Shown piece after piece: positions 29,715 through 39,042 of a DNA stretch of 64,000 nucleotides. Source of the DNA: Candidatus Latescibacterota bacterium. Its GTDB lineage: Bacteria; Latescibacterota; UBA2968; GCA-2709665. Location of the stretch: the NCBI GenBank assembly GCA_965208835.1, contig OZ242358.1, positions 1,664,001-1,728,000 of the forward strand. Direction: 5' to 3'. Numbering within the stretch: position 1 is the stretch's first letter; the number at the start of each line of letters is the position of its first letter. Under the pieces are notes generated by a model that saw only the letters and a program-made list of their open reading frames with translations, searched no databases and had not been told where the DNA came from. The position numbers and the translations under genes were made by a program.

Positions 29715-30839
29715 TCAATCCGGCTGTTTGCGGCTGCTGCGGACGCAATCGGCGAGAATGGGTATACCCGTACGAATATCGTCGTGTGTTGCAAATCCGA
29801 ACGCGAGCCTTATGTACGGTACATCCATATTCGATACGTGGAAGGCTTTGCCGGGCGCATAGTCAACACCCACCGACTCCGCAAGCTGCTCACACGCAAC
29901 GGTGTCGGTGACGTCGGGCAACTTGACCCAGATAAAGAGACCGCCCCTGGGCCGGCTGAACCACTCGAATGCGTCCGGGAAGCGCGACAGCATTTCAAAC
30001 ATCAGATCGCGTTTTTTCCTGACGATCGCGTTGATTCTATCCACGTGCGGCCGGAGTTCCTCTCTGAAATACTCGTAGACGATGGCCGCGCTGAGCGCGC
30101 TTGTGCCTCCGTCGCGCCGATACTGAAGAATGGGGTCGAGGAGATCTCGAGGCGCCGCCAGATAGCCCAGACGGATCCCCGGGCCGAGGATTTTGGACAG
30201 GGATTCTATGTGAATCACCTGCGTATCGTGCTCGAGTGTCCAGAGGGCGGGTTCGTGATGGTCTTCGTAGACGGTGTCGGCGTAGCAGTGGTCTTCAACC
30301 ACAGGTATCGCGTAACGGCCTGCGATGTCCAGCAGTTCACGGCGCCGGCCGAGCGGCATGATTGAACCCGTGGGGTTCTGATAGGTTACCAGGGTGTAGA
30401 TGAATTTTGGCTTTTTGTTCCTTGATACAAGCCGGTCCAGCGTTCCTTCCAGGGCGTCCATCCGCATGCCATGGTCGTCCAGCGGGATGCCCACGAGTTC
30501 GGCCTTTTCCTTGCGGTATGCGCTCAGGGTGCCCGAATAGGAGTATTCCTCGAGCACAATCACGTCGCCGGGCGACTCGACGAATACCTGGGCCATCAGC
30601 GTAACCGCCTGCATTGAGCCCGTGGTAAGCACAATCTGGTCGACCGGCAGCGCAACGCCTTCCCGTTGGGCGAATCTCCGGGACATGAGCTTCCGGAGCG
30701 GTTCGTACCCCAACGAACCGGGATAACACGCCAGTTCATCGCCCAGCTCAGGCAGAATGCGCATTGCGGCTTCGGCCAGACCTCGATTGGGGAAGGAGGC
30801 CGGGTCGGGGCGGCCGCTGCCAAAGGGAAATGTCTTCAC
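29715..30839 (-). CDS. PLP-dependent class I aminotransferase (MocR/LysN-like, no HTH)
   Basis: QNPTG, EDHCY, SLSKILGPGIRLG, GGLFIW. Confidence 0.88.
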   Translation of the reverse strand: MKTFPFGSGRPDPASFPNRGLAEAAMRILPELGDELACYPGSLGYEPLRKLMSRRFAQREGVALPVDQIVLTTGSMQAVTLMAQVFVESPGDVIVLEEYSYSGTLSAYRKEKAELVGIPLDDHGMRMDALEGTLDRLVSRNKKPKFIYTLVTYQNPTGSIMPLGRRRELLDIAGRYAIPVVEDHCYADTVYEDHHEPALWTLEHDTQVIHIESLSKILGPGIRLGYLAAPRDLLDPILQYRRDGGTSALSAAIVYEYFREELRPHVDRINAIVRKKRDLMFEMLSRFPDAFEWFSRPRGGLFIWVKLPDVTDTVACEQLAESVGVDYAPGKAFHVSNMDVPYIRLAFGFATHDDIRTGIPILADCVRSSRKQPD

Positions 30840-31089
30840 TCCGTAGTCACATCCTTATCGATCGGTCAGCCGGTACCGGATGTTCAGGTCGCGTCGGCAT
30901 CCGCATTTGGTTCGTACGCAATCGGCAGCGCTCAAGTGTCCTGTCCCAAAAATACCTCACCATTCTACCGCCAATTCATCCCGTCTCGCGGCGTTGGGCC
31001 GACCTTACGCAGGTTGCCTGCCCTCTGGCGCCTTGCGAGCCAGGCGACTCGGCGGCCAAATTCAGGCAACTTATTTCCGGGACAGAACA

Positions 31090-32679
31090 CTAGATCCCTC
31101 TTTCCTTGCCCCGGATTCTGGGGTCGAGCGTGGCGAGAAGCTCGTCGTCTTCCGTGATTTCAATTGCCCGGACATTGGCCGCCGCACTCCCCTTGCCGAG
31201 TGTGTACCTGACTTCCGACTTCAGGTATTGGGGCGCGATTTCTCCAAATCCTTCTTCGACCGTGACCCATTCGTTGCCTTCGGAGTGCACTCTGGGCGCG
31301 CTGACCGCCCAGTCCAGGTCCTCTTCGAGCACCAGTCGCCTCGTGAGCACCTGAAACAGGGAGGACGGGATGCGGGTTCCACCCGATGCGCCGAGGGTCA
31401 TCATTGGCTCGCCGTCGCTCATGATGAGCATCGGGCACATATTGTTGACGGGCGATTTGCCCGCGTCCACCGAGTTGGGCAGTCCGGAACCGGGATCGAA
31501 ACGGGACATGCCGGCGTTCATGATGAGCCCCATCCTGGGAATGGTAATAAATGAGCCGAAGCCCGGGCCGTGGGTCAGGGTGAGGGAAGCCATATTGCGG
31601 TCGCGGTCTACAACCGAGATGTGGGTCGTTCCGCCGTACGAAAGCGGACGCAACAGCGCCTGCCCGCGCGTACCCTCCGACACATGATCGGCGATTTCGC
31701 GGCCTGTCGCTCCGACCTGGACATCCGAAGTCAGGGTCTCAAGCGGCACCTTGACGAAACGGGGATCGCCGTAGTGCCTGTACCGGTCCAGCCAGGCGGC
31801 ACGAATGGTTTCGGTCAGCCCGTGGGCGAGACGCGCGGCGTCGCGCGCCCAGAGGTCCAGTTCCGCTACTTCGGCGACGCGACACATTTGAAGTACGGAG
31901 AGGCCGCTGGAACACAGGGGTGGGGTGTACAGGTCGTAGCCCAGACAGGAGGCGTGGAGGGGTTCGACGTGGCTGGGATGATAGTCCGCGAAGTCATCTT
32001 CCGTGAGTATCCCGCCGTTTTCCCGGATGTATTTCACGATTCTCCCGCCGATTTTTCCCCGGTAGAACTCATCGACGCCATTTTTTGCAACCTGTTCGAG
32101 GATCCGGCCCAGACTCGGATTGGACGCCCTGTCTCTGGTTGTGGGCGGCGCGCCGTCGACCAGCAGCAGACGTTCGGTGTCCCGGAACGTACGGATCCGT
32201 TTTTCGTGCTCTCCCACGGCGTCGGCGTACTCGGGTGACACCCGAAAGCCGTTCTTGCAGGCGCGAATGGCTGGAACAAGCGCCTGATCCAGCGGAATTT
32301 TCCCGTATTTCTCGAGCGCCGCGGCGAGGCCGGCGAGTACGCCGGGAACGGAGACCGCGAGACAGCCGATCTCATTGGCCCTGTTGCTGACCAGAGATCC
32401 GAAGCGTCCGTCTGAGCGGACCACCTGGAACATCCTGCTCGTGGCGGCCCCCGGGGCGACGGTGTTGAAGTCGATGCAACCGATTTCTCCGTTCATATAA
32501 ACCATCAGGGCGCCGCCGTAGCCGCCGATTCCCGTGTGGTGCGGTGTGACCACGCAGGAGAGCAGGGCGGCTGTGACGGCTGCATCGACGGCATTGCCGC
32601 CTTTTTTCAATACGTTGACGGCTGCGGCGTCGGCTTCCGGCTGGCCGACGACCGCGGCCTCCTCGAACTTGGCTGACAC
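31090..32679 (-). CDS. gamma-glutamyltransferase-family Ntn hydrolase
   Basis: GGNAVDAA, GIGG, VPG, FYRG, TTHISV nucleophile, GASGGTRI, APRVH. Confidence 0.88.
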   Translation of the reverse strand: MSAKFEEAAVVGQPEADAAAVNVLKKGGNAVDAAVTAALLSCVVTPHHTGIGGYGGALMVYMNGEIGCIDFNTVAPGAATSRMFQVVRSDGRFGSLVSNRANEIGCLAVSVPGVLAGLAAALEKYGKIPLDQALVPAIRACKNGFRVSPEYADAVGEHEKRIRTFRDTERLLLVDGAPPTTRDRASNPSLGRILEQVAKNGVDEFYRGKIGGRIVKYIRENGGILTEDDFADYHPSHVEPLHASCLGYDLYTPPLCSSGLSVLQMCRVAEVAELDLWARDAARLAHGLTETIRAAWLDRYRHYGDPRFVKVPLETLTSDVQVGATGREIADHVSEGTRGQALLRPLSYGGTTHISVVDRDRNMASLTLTHGPGFGSFITIPRMGLIMNAGMSRFDPGSGLPNSVDAGKSPVNNMCPMLIMSDGEPMMTLGASGGTRIPSSLFQVLTRRLVLEEDLDWAVSAPRVHSEGNEWVTVEEGFGEIAPQYLKSEVRYTLGKGSAAANVRAIEITEDDELLATLDPRIRGKERGI

Positions 32680-32729
32680 TTAAGAAGACCCTCCTTCAGT
32701 CACACGAAATTCACGCAAATGCAGGTTCG

Positions 32730-32758
32730 ATAATATAAGCGCGCCCCGCGCAGGTCAA
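32730..32758 (-). promoter_or_regulatory. sigma70-type promoter
   Basis: TTGACC-17 nt-TATTAT. Confidence 0.55.
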
Positions 32759-32851
32759 GGGTTTTTTTGCCATTTGGCTTATTTCGTCTGTCGGAACCCG
32801 TAACGCCGTAGTTGAACGGGCCGGAAGAGGCCGCGTTTGCAGGCGACGGCA

Positions 32852-35026
32852 TCACCGGGAACCGTTTCCCGTGGTGACGTATATGGGGCTGGTCCAGGCC
32901 TTGGCGCCGTCGGTCTGGGTCACCCGCACCCAGTAGGGATGGCAGCCGTCCGGCAGTTCGGACTCCCTGCAGGTGAAGCCGGCTTCGTAGCCGACGCCGT
33001 CGGGCGCCTGCTCGAAGACGACTGCAATGTCAATTCCGCCCGCGGGAATCCGTACAGGCCCTTTCGCAATTTCCCCGAGTGTAACGGCGTGGGAGACGAC
33101 GTCCGTTCGAAAGTCGATGGTCGCCCGAGGCGCAGCGTCGACGGTGAGTATGACGCCGTCGGCGTCTCCGGTGGTTACGGATTTCCAGGTCACGGAATGG
33201 TCTGTAACGGACTGAATACCTTCCGCGGCCGAATCGAATGCATATCCTTCGGCGTGGCGTATGCGGCCCTGCTCGAGGGTGAGGCCGCCGTCCCAGCGAA
33301 CCAGGCGGTTGCGCGCACGAATTCTCTGGCCCGACCAGGCAATGCGTACCCTGTCGTCTGCGCGGGGTATGGTCGCGGGAAAACTGTGTACGAGCTTCAG
33401 ACCTCTGAATACGTCAATGCGTTCGATGGGTGCAGTTCCGATCACGTCAACGGCAATTTCGGGCGGATGCAGTGCCGTCAGGTCCGAGCCCATCGGGTGT
33501 CCGTCGGCGGCGACGTTAACGAGGATCCGTTGGCCCGTGGTGCCATAGCAGCGACGGTTTTTCAGCGCTTCCCAAAGCCCGCGCCGGCTGAGTTCGGGAG
33601 CAAAGACGCATGTAAGCCCGCCGTAAACCCCGAAGGATCCGCTGCCGGGGTACGCGGCGCCCGGCCTGCCCTTGTGGTCGTCGCTTCCGGCGATGAAGCC
33701 CACCCGATAGCCGTTTTCGAGGGCCCAACTGAGGAACCATTCGAATTCGCCCCACTCGGAGTAGACTTCGACCAGGCGTTCGAAGTCGGGATCGTGCCAG
33801 TCCAGATTGGCGTAGCGCCCGCCAACATGCGGTATCAGCAGGACGTCTCTTCCCTTCATGGCCTTGTAAAGATCGGTTACGTGCAGGCAATCCGTGTGGT
33901 CGTCGGATTTGTCCGGAATCAGCACATGGCTGGAGCGGTGCAGGGGGCCGTTGTCTCCTGGATAGTAGACGTTGTGATCGCCGCCGACAGGCGTGTTTCC
34001 GGACCATTCGTAGCCGACGAAGGCGACAAACCGGCCGGGGTCGTTCTGGGCGTTTGCCTGGTGTTTGATTTCCTCCCAGACGGATTCGGTGATCTGAAAA
34101 TCATTACCCTGATGTCCAGCGAAATCGACAAAGGCGGATTCCCGGGCGAAGCGAAAGTACGAGGACACCGGGTTTGTTCCCACGGTTTCTTCGCTCTGTC
34201 CGTGCAAGTCGCCCCAGTACGGACGGTTTCCTGTCCCGGATTCGACGCACCGCAGCGGGTTGCTTTTCGCTTTCAGGCCCAGAGACCGGTCCTCGGTTCC
34301 GATGCGAAAAACACCGCGTGCAGGCGCGACGACATCGTCAAACCGGCGGGTTCCGCGGTCCTCCGGTCGAAAGCGGAATGTCTCGGGGATCCCCGAGAGT
34401 CCGCCGGCATCCACCGAGACTTCGCCGGTGTAGTCACGGCAGGGGTTTCCCCACACGTCCTCGGCCTTGATCGCCGCCCAGGCGGATTCGCCCGGCGCGG
34501 TTTCGGATGCGCAGACGGCGACAAGCTTGTGGGGGGCGCCGCTCACGATGGGCACCGAGGGCGACGGGACCTCCTCGTAGACCCAGGTTCCGCACCAGTC
34601 GACCGCCACGCGGAATTCGAACCGGTCCTTGCAGAAGGTCTGCGCGCGGATCCCGGGAGAGCCGCCGGAAGTGTCTCCCAGTGTGAGGGTGACCGTGTCG
34701 CCTTCGGAAAGAGAGTCGTCGTAGACGTCGATTGTGACACACAGGCGCCACGGTCGCACGTAGCGCTGTCTTTCAAAGGCGGGCCGAAGCGAAGCGGCTC
34801 CCGTGGTGGATACGGAAGCGTATCCCGGTGCGTCGGGTTCGGCGAACTGCGGCGCCTGCCAATCGCTTACGTCGCGCCATGCGATCTTTATGACGCCGCC
34901 GTCATCCACGCCGTATCTGCCGGCGTGATAGATGATGCGCCAGGTGCCGGTGGCCCCGGCCGTGACCGGTCCCGCGGGGTCTATTTCCGCCCACCCGTAA
35001 CGTTCGCGAATTTTCGCGTCGCCCAT
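32852..35026 (-). CDS. DUF3604-family PHP-like metallohydrolase
   Basis: YWGDLHGQS, HQGND, GYEWSG...GGDHN, IPHVGG, GSDDHKGRPG, RRCYGTTG, AWTSPI. Confidence 0.8.
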   Translation of the reverse strand: MGDAKIRERYGWAEIDPAGPVTAGATGTWRIIYHAGRYGVDDGGVIKIAWRDVSDWQAPQFAEPDAPGYASVSTTGAASLRPAFERQRYVRPWRLCVTIDVYDDSLSEGDTVTLTLGDTSGGSPGIRAQTFCKDRFEFRVAVDWCGTWVYEEVPSPSVPIVSGAPHKLVAVCASETAPGESAWAAIKAEDVWGNPCRDYTGEVSVDAGGLSGIPETFRFRPEDRGTRRFDDVVAPARGVFRIGTEDRSLGLKAKSNPLRCVESGTGNRPYWGDLHGQSEETVGTNPVSSYFRFARESAFVDFAGHQGNDFQITESVWEEIKHQANAQNDPGRFVAFVGYEWSGNTPVGGDHNVYYPGDNGPLHRSSHVLIPDKSDDHTDCLHVTDLYKAMKGRDVLLIPHVGGRYANLDWHDPDFERLVEVYSEWGEFEWFLSWALENGYRVGFIAGSDDHKGRPGAAYPGSGSFGVYGGLTCVFAPELSRRGLWEALKNRRCYGTTGQRILVNVAADGHPMGSDLTALHPPEIAVDVIGTAPIERIDVFRGLKLVHSFPATIPRADDRVRIAWSGQRIRARNRLVRWDGGLTLEQGRIRHAEGYAFDSAAEGIQSVTDHSVTWKSVTTGDADGVILTVDAAPRATIDFRTDVVSHAVTLGEIAKGPVRIPAGGIDIAVVFEQAPDGVGYEAGFTCRESELPDGCHPYWVRVTQTDGAKAWTSPIYVTTGNGSR

Positions 35027-35057
35027 TTCGATTTCTCACTCGGATGCGGCTGACAAT

Positions 35058-35095
35058 GGCCGGCCGTCGCCCGGACGGGTTTCTTCAACGGGCTG
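35058..35095 (+). repeat. solo right end of MITE family B
   Basis: GGCCGGCCGTCGCCCGGACGGGTTTCTTCAACGGGCTG matches the 3' end of 19131-19276. Confidence 0.6.
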
Positions 35096-35238
35096 TAGAG
35101 GAACGGCCGCGAGTGTGGGGAAGTGTGTTCCCGCAATGCAATTTCTGGCGGCGCGTAAGGACATCGGGCAGATTAAGATATGGCTTATGCGATATGGGAC
35201 AAGCGAAATCAGGGCAGGGATTCACACGCCCGTTCCGC

Positions 35239-35267
35239 TTGACGACTGGCGGCTTTCGGGTTAACTT
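35239..35267 (+). promoter_or_regulatory. sigma70-type promoter
   Basis: TTGACG-17 nt-TAACTT. Confidence 0.45.
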
Positions 35268-35330
35268 TGCGGCCGATCGCGTTATTCAATTATCCATTCC
35301 TTCCGCCCTGCATACTCCCGGTCGGATCCG

Positions 35331-35615
35331 ATGTCGGAAACCCTCCCTGTAATCACACTTTATTCAAGGAACGACTGCCATCTGTGTGACGTCGCAAAAG
35401 GACGCATCCGTTCGGCCGGAAGGCGGGTCCCGTTTCGGCTTGAAATCGTCGACATCGACAGTGATCCTGAACTGGTTGCGCGATACAACGACCGGGTCCC
35501 GGTTGTGCACGTAAACGGCGAGGAAGTCTTCGCATACCGCGTGAACGAGACCGCCCTGGTGCGAAAGTTGAAATCGCTGTCGAACACGTCAAGGAGAAAG
35601 TATGGGTGGGGATGA
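35331..35615 (+). CDS. glutaredoxin-like protein (DUF836 type)
   Basis: CHLC, VDID, RVPVV. Confidence 0.85.
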   Translation: MSETLPVITLYSRNDCHLCDVAKGRIRSAGRRVPFRLEIVDIDSDPELVARYNDRVPVVHVNGEEVFAYRVNETALVRKLKSLSNTSRRKYGWG

Positions 35616-36936
35616 CCTGTTCGCCGCCCTGGAACCGGAAGCGCCGCTTGCGGACCGGATGAGACCGCGCAGTCTGGATGAAGTGCGGGGGCAGGATCAT
35701 CTTACCGCGCCGGACGCGCCGTTTCGCAAGCTGATCGAAAACGACAGGGCGCCGTCGATGATCTTCTGGGGACCGCCGGGCTCGGGCAAGACCACGCTGG
35801 CGCGTCTCGTAGCCGAGTCTACGAAGAGCAGGTTCGTGGCATTCAGCGCGGTCACCTCAGGCGTCAAGGAGGTGAGGGAAATCGTCGCGCGCGCAAGAGG
35901 GGACCGGCAAAACGGGCGGCGGACGACCCTTTTCGTCGACGAGATTCACCGGTTCAATCGCGCCCAACAGGATGCGTTTCTGCCGCACGTCGAAGACGGC
36001 ACCATCAGTCTGATCGGGGCCACGACGGAGAATCCCTCATTCGAGGTGAACGCGGCGCTGCTGTCACGTACCCAGGTGTTCGTGTTGAATCTGCTGGACG
36101 TCCCGGCGATATGTGAAATCCTGAACGCCGCGCTGGCAGCGGACGGGCGCGGACTGCCGGATCTCGGCGCCGACGCCGACGCTCTGGAGGCGATTGCGGC
36201 CGCGTCCGAAGGCGACGCCCGACGCGCGCTCAATGTGCTGGAGACGGTCTCGGCGTCGTTGGTGAGCGGCGCGAGGGCGACTGCCGAGTCCGTCAGGGCG
36301 GCGTTGGGCGGCAAAGCGTTGCTCTACGACAAGAGCGGCGAAGAACATTACAACCTTATTTCGGCGCTTCACAAGAGCCTGAGGGACAGCGATCCGCACG
36401 CTTCGCTGTATTGGCTGGCGCGGATGTTGGAATCGGGCGAACACCCGCACTATATCCTTCGCCGCATGGTCCGGTTTGCGTCCGAAGACATCGGGAACGC
36501 GGACCCGAGGGCGCTTTCGATTTCACTGGCCGCAAGGGAGGCGTACGATTTTCTGGGCAGTCCCGAGGGCGACCTGGCCATTGCGCACGCAGCCGCGTAC
36601 CTGGCCACGGCGCCCAAGAGCAATTCAGTCTACGCGGCTTACGGAAAGGCGCAAAGGGATGTTCAGGAGCGGCCGAATCTGCCGGTACCGATGCACCTCA
36701 GAAACGCGCCGACGGGCCTGATGCAGGAACTGGGGTACGGGCGGGACTATCAATACGCACACGATGACCCCGACGGGGTCGTGGCGCAGAGCCATTTGCC
36801 GGAGAATCTGGAGGGTCGGATCTATTATCGTCCCTCCGACCGGGGTTACGAACAGCGGATCCGGGAACTGATGGACTGGTGGGAGGCGTTGAGAAGGCAA
36901 AAGTCGCAGGCGAAAAGCGCAGCTGATGACGGTTAG
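35602..36936 (+). CDS. rarA: replication-associated recombination protein A
   Basis: PLADRMRP, GPPGSGKTT, DEIHRF, GATTENP, ISALHKS, SEDIGNA, PKSN. Confidence 0.95.
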   Translation: MGGDDLFAALEPEAPLADRMRPRSLDEVRGQDHLTAPDAPFRKLIENDRAPSMIFWGPPGSGKTTLARLVAESTKSRFVAFSAVTSGVKEVREIVARARGDRQNGRRTTLFVDEIHRFNRAQQDAFLPHVEDGTISLIGATTENPSFEVNAALLSRTQVFVLNLLDVPAICEILNAALAADGRGLPDLGADADALEAIAAASEGDARRALNVLETVSASLVSGARATAESVRAALGGKALLYDKSGEEHYNLISALHKSLRDSDPHASLYWLARMLESGEHPHYILRRMVRFASEDIGNADPRALSISLAAREAYDFLGSPEGDLAIAHAAAYLATAPKSNSVYAAYGKAQRDVQERPNLPVPMHLRNAPTGLMQELGYGRDYQYAHDDPDGVVAQSHLPENLEGRIYYRPSDRGYEQRIRELMDWWEALRRQKSQAKSAADDG

Positions 36937-37097
36937 AAGGTGTTTTAAAATTACCGGTGAGTTCCCGAGCGCGAGCGAAAAAGCGGCGGTCAAGGCGGGA
37001 AAATCCGCCCATATTTGTCTATACGGGTGGATTTGACCAACGCCGTCCGGCGCTTTTGCAGCCGTGCGAAGACCGCTGGGAATTTTAAGACAGCTTC
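36936..37097 (+). mobile_element. MITE family A, copy 4 (162 bp)
   Basis: Near-identical to copy 1 and flanked by TTA on both sides. Its first base is the G of the rarA TAG. Confidence 0.88.
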
Positions 37098-37103
37098 TTA
37101 ACA

Positions 37104-37133
37104 TTGAAAAGTGCATCCGCTGTTGTGTATATT
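37104..37133 (+). promoter_or_regulatory. sigma70-type promoter with extended -10
   Basis: TTGAAA-18 nt-TATATT, preceded by TGTG. Confidence 0.5.
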
Positions 37134-37234
37134 GTGGGCGATCGTCGTATCCATGTCGACTTCGGACGACTTAGTACTGAATCTTCGCGTTTCGAGCGAA
37201 TAAACAGGAATACCAGAGAGAAGGGAGGCGAAAC

Positions 37235-37288
37235 ATGAGGCTGACCGGAATCTTCCACGTAACCTATCCGCCTCCTGAGCGATTCTGA
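37235..37288 (+). CDS. candidate leader peptide MRLTGIFHVTYPPPERF
   Basis: GGGAGG RBS at canonical spacing; 17 codons; upstream of a terminator hairpin. Confidence 0.35.
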   Translation: MRLTGIFHVTYPPPERF

Positions 37289-37333
37289 CGGATTCAAAGC
37301 CGTTTACATCGAAACTCGATTGCCCCTCCGGAG

Positions 37334-37365
37334 CCGCGGGTAGGGATTTACCCCGCGGTATTTTT
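37334..37365 (+). terminator. intrinsic terminator or attenuator upstream of the sigma-like gene
   Basis: CCGCGGG/CCCGCGG stem followed by TATTTTT. Confidence 0.6.
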
Positions 37366-37413
37366 GTGCCCGCATGTGCGGGTTGGCGTTATTCGGAGGT
37401 GACGATCGGATTT

Positions 37414-37806
37414 ATGTACAATTCAGATTTCTGGGAAGTCCGGCTGGATCAAAGCGACCTGGAGAAAGTCGCGAACGAGGATGGGATCTGGTTCGAGTCG
37501 CGCGAAGACCGGCGACTGCGATATGTGTGGGAAGACCGGGTTGCCGCGGCGGCAGTCCAGATTATCGAAGCATTCCCGCATTGCCTTACGGACAGACAGC
37601 GGGAGGCGGCGTTACTGTATTTCCGCCATGGAAAGACGCAACGTGAAATCGCGGAGATTATGGGAATCTCTCGCCGCGTGGTCAGCCAGCACCTGTTCGG
37701 CATAACGCGAGGGGGCCGGCAGGTGGGCGGCGCGATGCACAAATTGAGGAAGTACTGCGAGGCGGAGTCGCTGGGACCGGGCACTCCGGAAACCGCGTCC
37801 GGATGA
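37414..37806 (+). CDS. sigma-70 region-4-like HTH protein (130 aa)
   Basis: LTDRQREAALLYFRHGKTQREIAEIMGISRRVVSQHL; GGAGG RBS. Confidence 0.75.
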   Translation: MYNSDFWEVRLDQSDLEKVANEDGIWFESREDRRLRYVWEDRVAAAAVQIIEAFPHCLTDRQREAALLYFRHGKTQREIAEIMGISRRVVSQHLFGITRGGRQVGGAMHKLRKYCEAESLGPGTPETASG

Positions 37807-37821
37807 ATGTCGCGACAGACG

Positions 37822-39024
37822 TCAGACCGCCCATTGCTTCATCTTCTCTTCGTCCAGTTCAACGCCCAGTCCCGGTCTTTCGAAGGGTTCGAGCGAGCCG
37901 TCGCGGTACCTGAACGGTGTCTTGCAGACGTCGTCCACCAGGAGCGCCGGCCCGACCAGATCCGACGGTACCGTTACGTTTTGGGAAGCGACGGCCAGGT
38001 GGACGAACGCGGCGGTGCCCGGTCCCATCTCGACGGTACTGCCCAGCAGCACGGGGACGCCGGCCGCCTGTGCGATATGAATCAGACGCTGACTGCGCAG
38101 AATGCCGCCTGCCTGTGAGGGGATGATGTTGAAGACGTCCACGGCCCGGTGGCGTATGAGAGCCGTTGAGAAGCCGTCGTTCAGGTCCGCAACGTGTTCG
38201 ATGATCTGAACGGGGGTCTGTTTCCGGACGCGAGCCAGGGAGCGGGCCGCCTCATCGGCGTTGTCATTGATCCGCTCGGGGTTGTCATTGGCGACGGCGC
38301 GGTTCACCGCGACCACCGGCGTCTCGCAGGCGTCGATGCCGGCGGCGGCCATGTCCCGGATTTTTTCGATGGCCTCGTCCTCCTCCCACGCGCCGCTGGC
38401 GTCGGCTTTGAGGTAGACGTCGGGACCCGCCACCTGGCGAAAGCGCGCGATGCGGTCCAGATCGCGTGGATGATTCTCTCCGACTTTGAGCTTGAAAGCC
38501 CGGATTCCCCGGGAGACCATCGTACTGATTTCATCCTCGAGCGCGTCGAGTTCATCCTGCAGCGAGACGCCCCGCCGCATATAGGCGACCCAGCAGACGT
38601 CCACGCGTTCGTGTCGGCGCCCGCCCAGAAGTTCGTAAAGGGGGGCGCCGTATTGTTTTCCGGCAAGGTCGAGCAGGGCGATCTCCACGCCGAACAGGGT
38701 GAGACCCCGGAGTTCCGGGTGGATGCCGGCGGGGAGTTCATCGGCGACACGTGCGCAAAGGACGTTTCGATCGGCGACGTCGCCGTCCTTCAACACGCGA
38801 AGCAGGAGATCCCGCAGGCCGCCGGCCCGGAGCGGATTCATCCTGTCGGCGATGTCCGGGACTTCGCCAAGCCCCACATGGTGCGTGTCCGTGAAGAACT
38901 CGAGGATCTGATATCTGGACCGGCTGAGGTCTTCACCAGGCTGCAGGTTCTGCGGGTCCGCGGCATATGTGGTGTAAATGCGTGGAACCGAGACTTCCCT
39001 CACCTGGATGTCCGTGATCTTCAT
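37822..39024 (-). CDS. mandelate racemase/muconate lactonizing enzyme (enolase superfamily)
   Basis: ALLDLAGK, KLKVG, metal ligands D..E..E, PGLGVELD. Confidence 0.85.
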   Translation of the reverse strand: MKITDIQVREVSVPRIYTTYAADPQNLQPGEDLSRSRYQILEFFTDTHHVGLGEVPDIADRMNPLRAGGLRDLLLRVLKDGDVADRNVLCARVADELPAGIHPELRGLTLFGVEIALLDLAGKQYGAPLYELLGGRRHERVDVCWVAYMRRGVSLQDELDALEDEISTMVSRGIRAFKLKVGENHPRDLDRIARFRQVAGPDVYLKADASGAWEEDEAIEKIRDMAAAGIDACETPVVAVNRAVANDNPERINDNADEAARSLARVRKQTPVQIIEHVADLNDGFSTALIRHRAVDVFNIIPSQAGGILRSQRLIHIAQAAGVPVLLGSTVEMGPGTAAFVHLAVASQNVTVPSDLVGPALLVDDVCKTPFRYRDGSLEPFERPGLGVELDEEKMKQWAV

Positions 39025-39042
39025 CGATGCGGTCCTTCCGGT

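Noticed and set aside
31010-31072. GTTGCCTG/CAGGCAAC inverted repeat after ggt
   Set aside because: Single occurrence; may be a terminator or REP but has no further support.
32837-35053. 738-aa plus-strand ORF
   Set aside because: Antisense shadow of the DUF3604 gene with no motifs; expected at high GC3.
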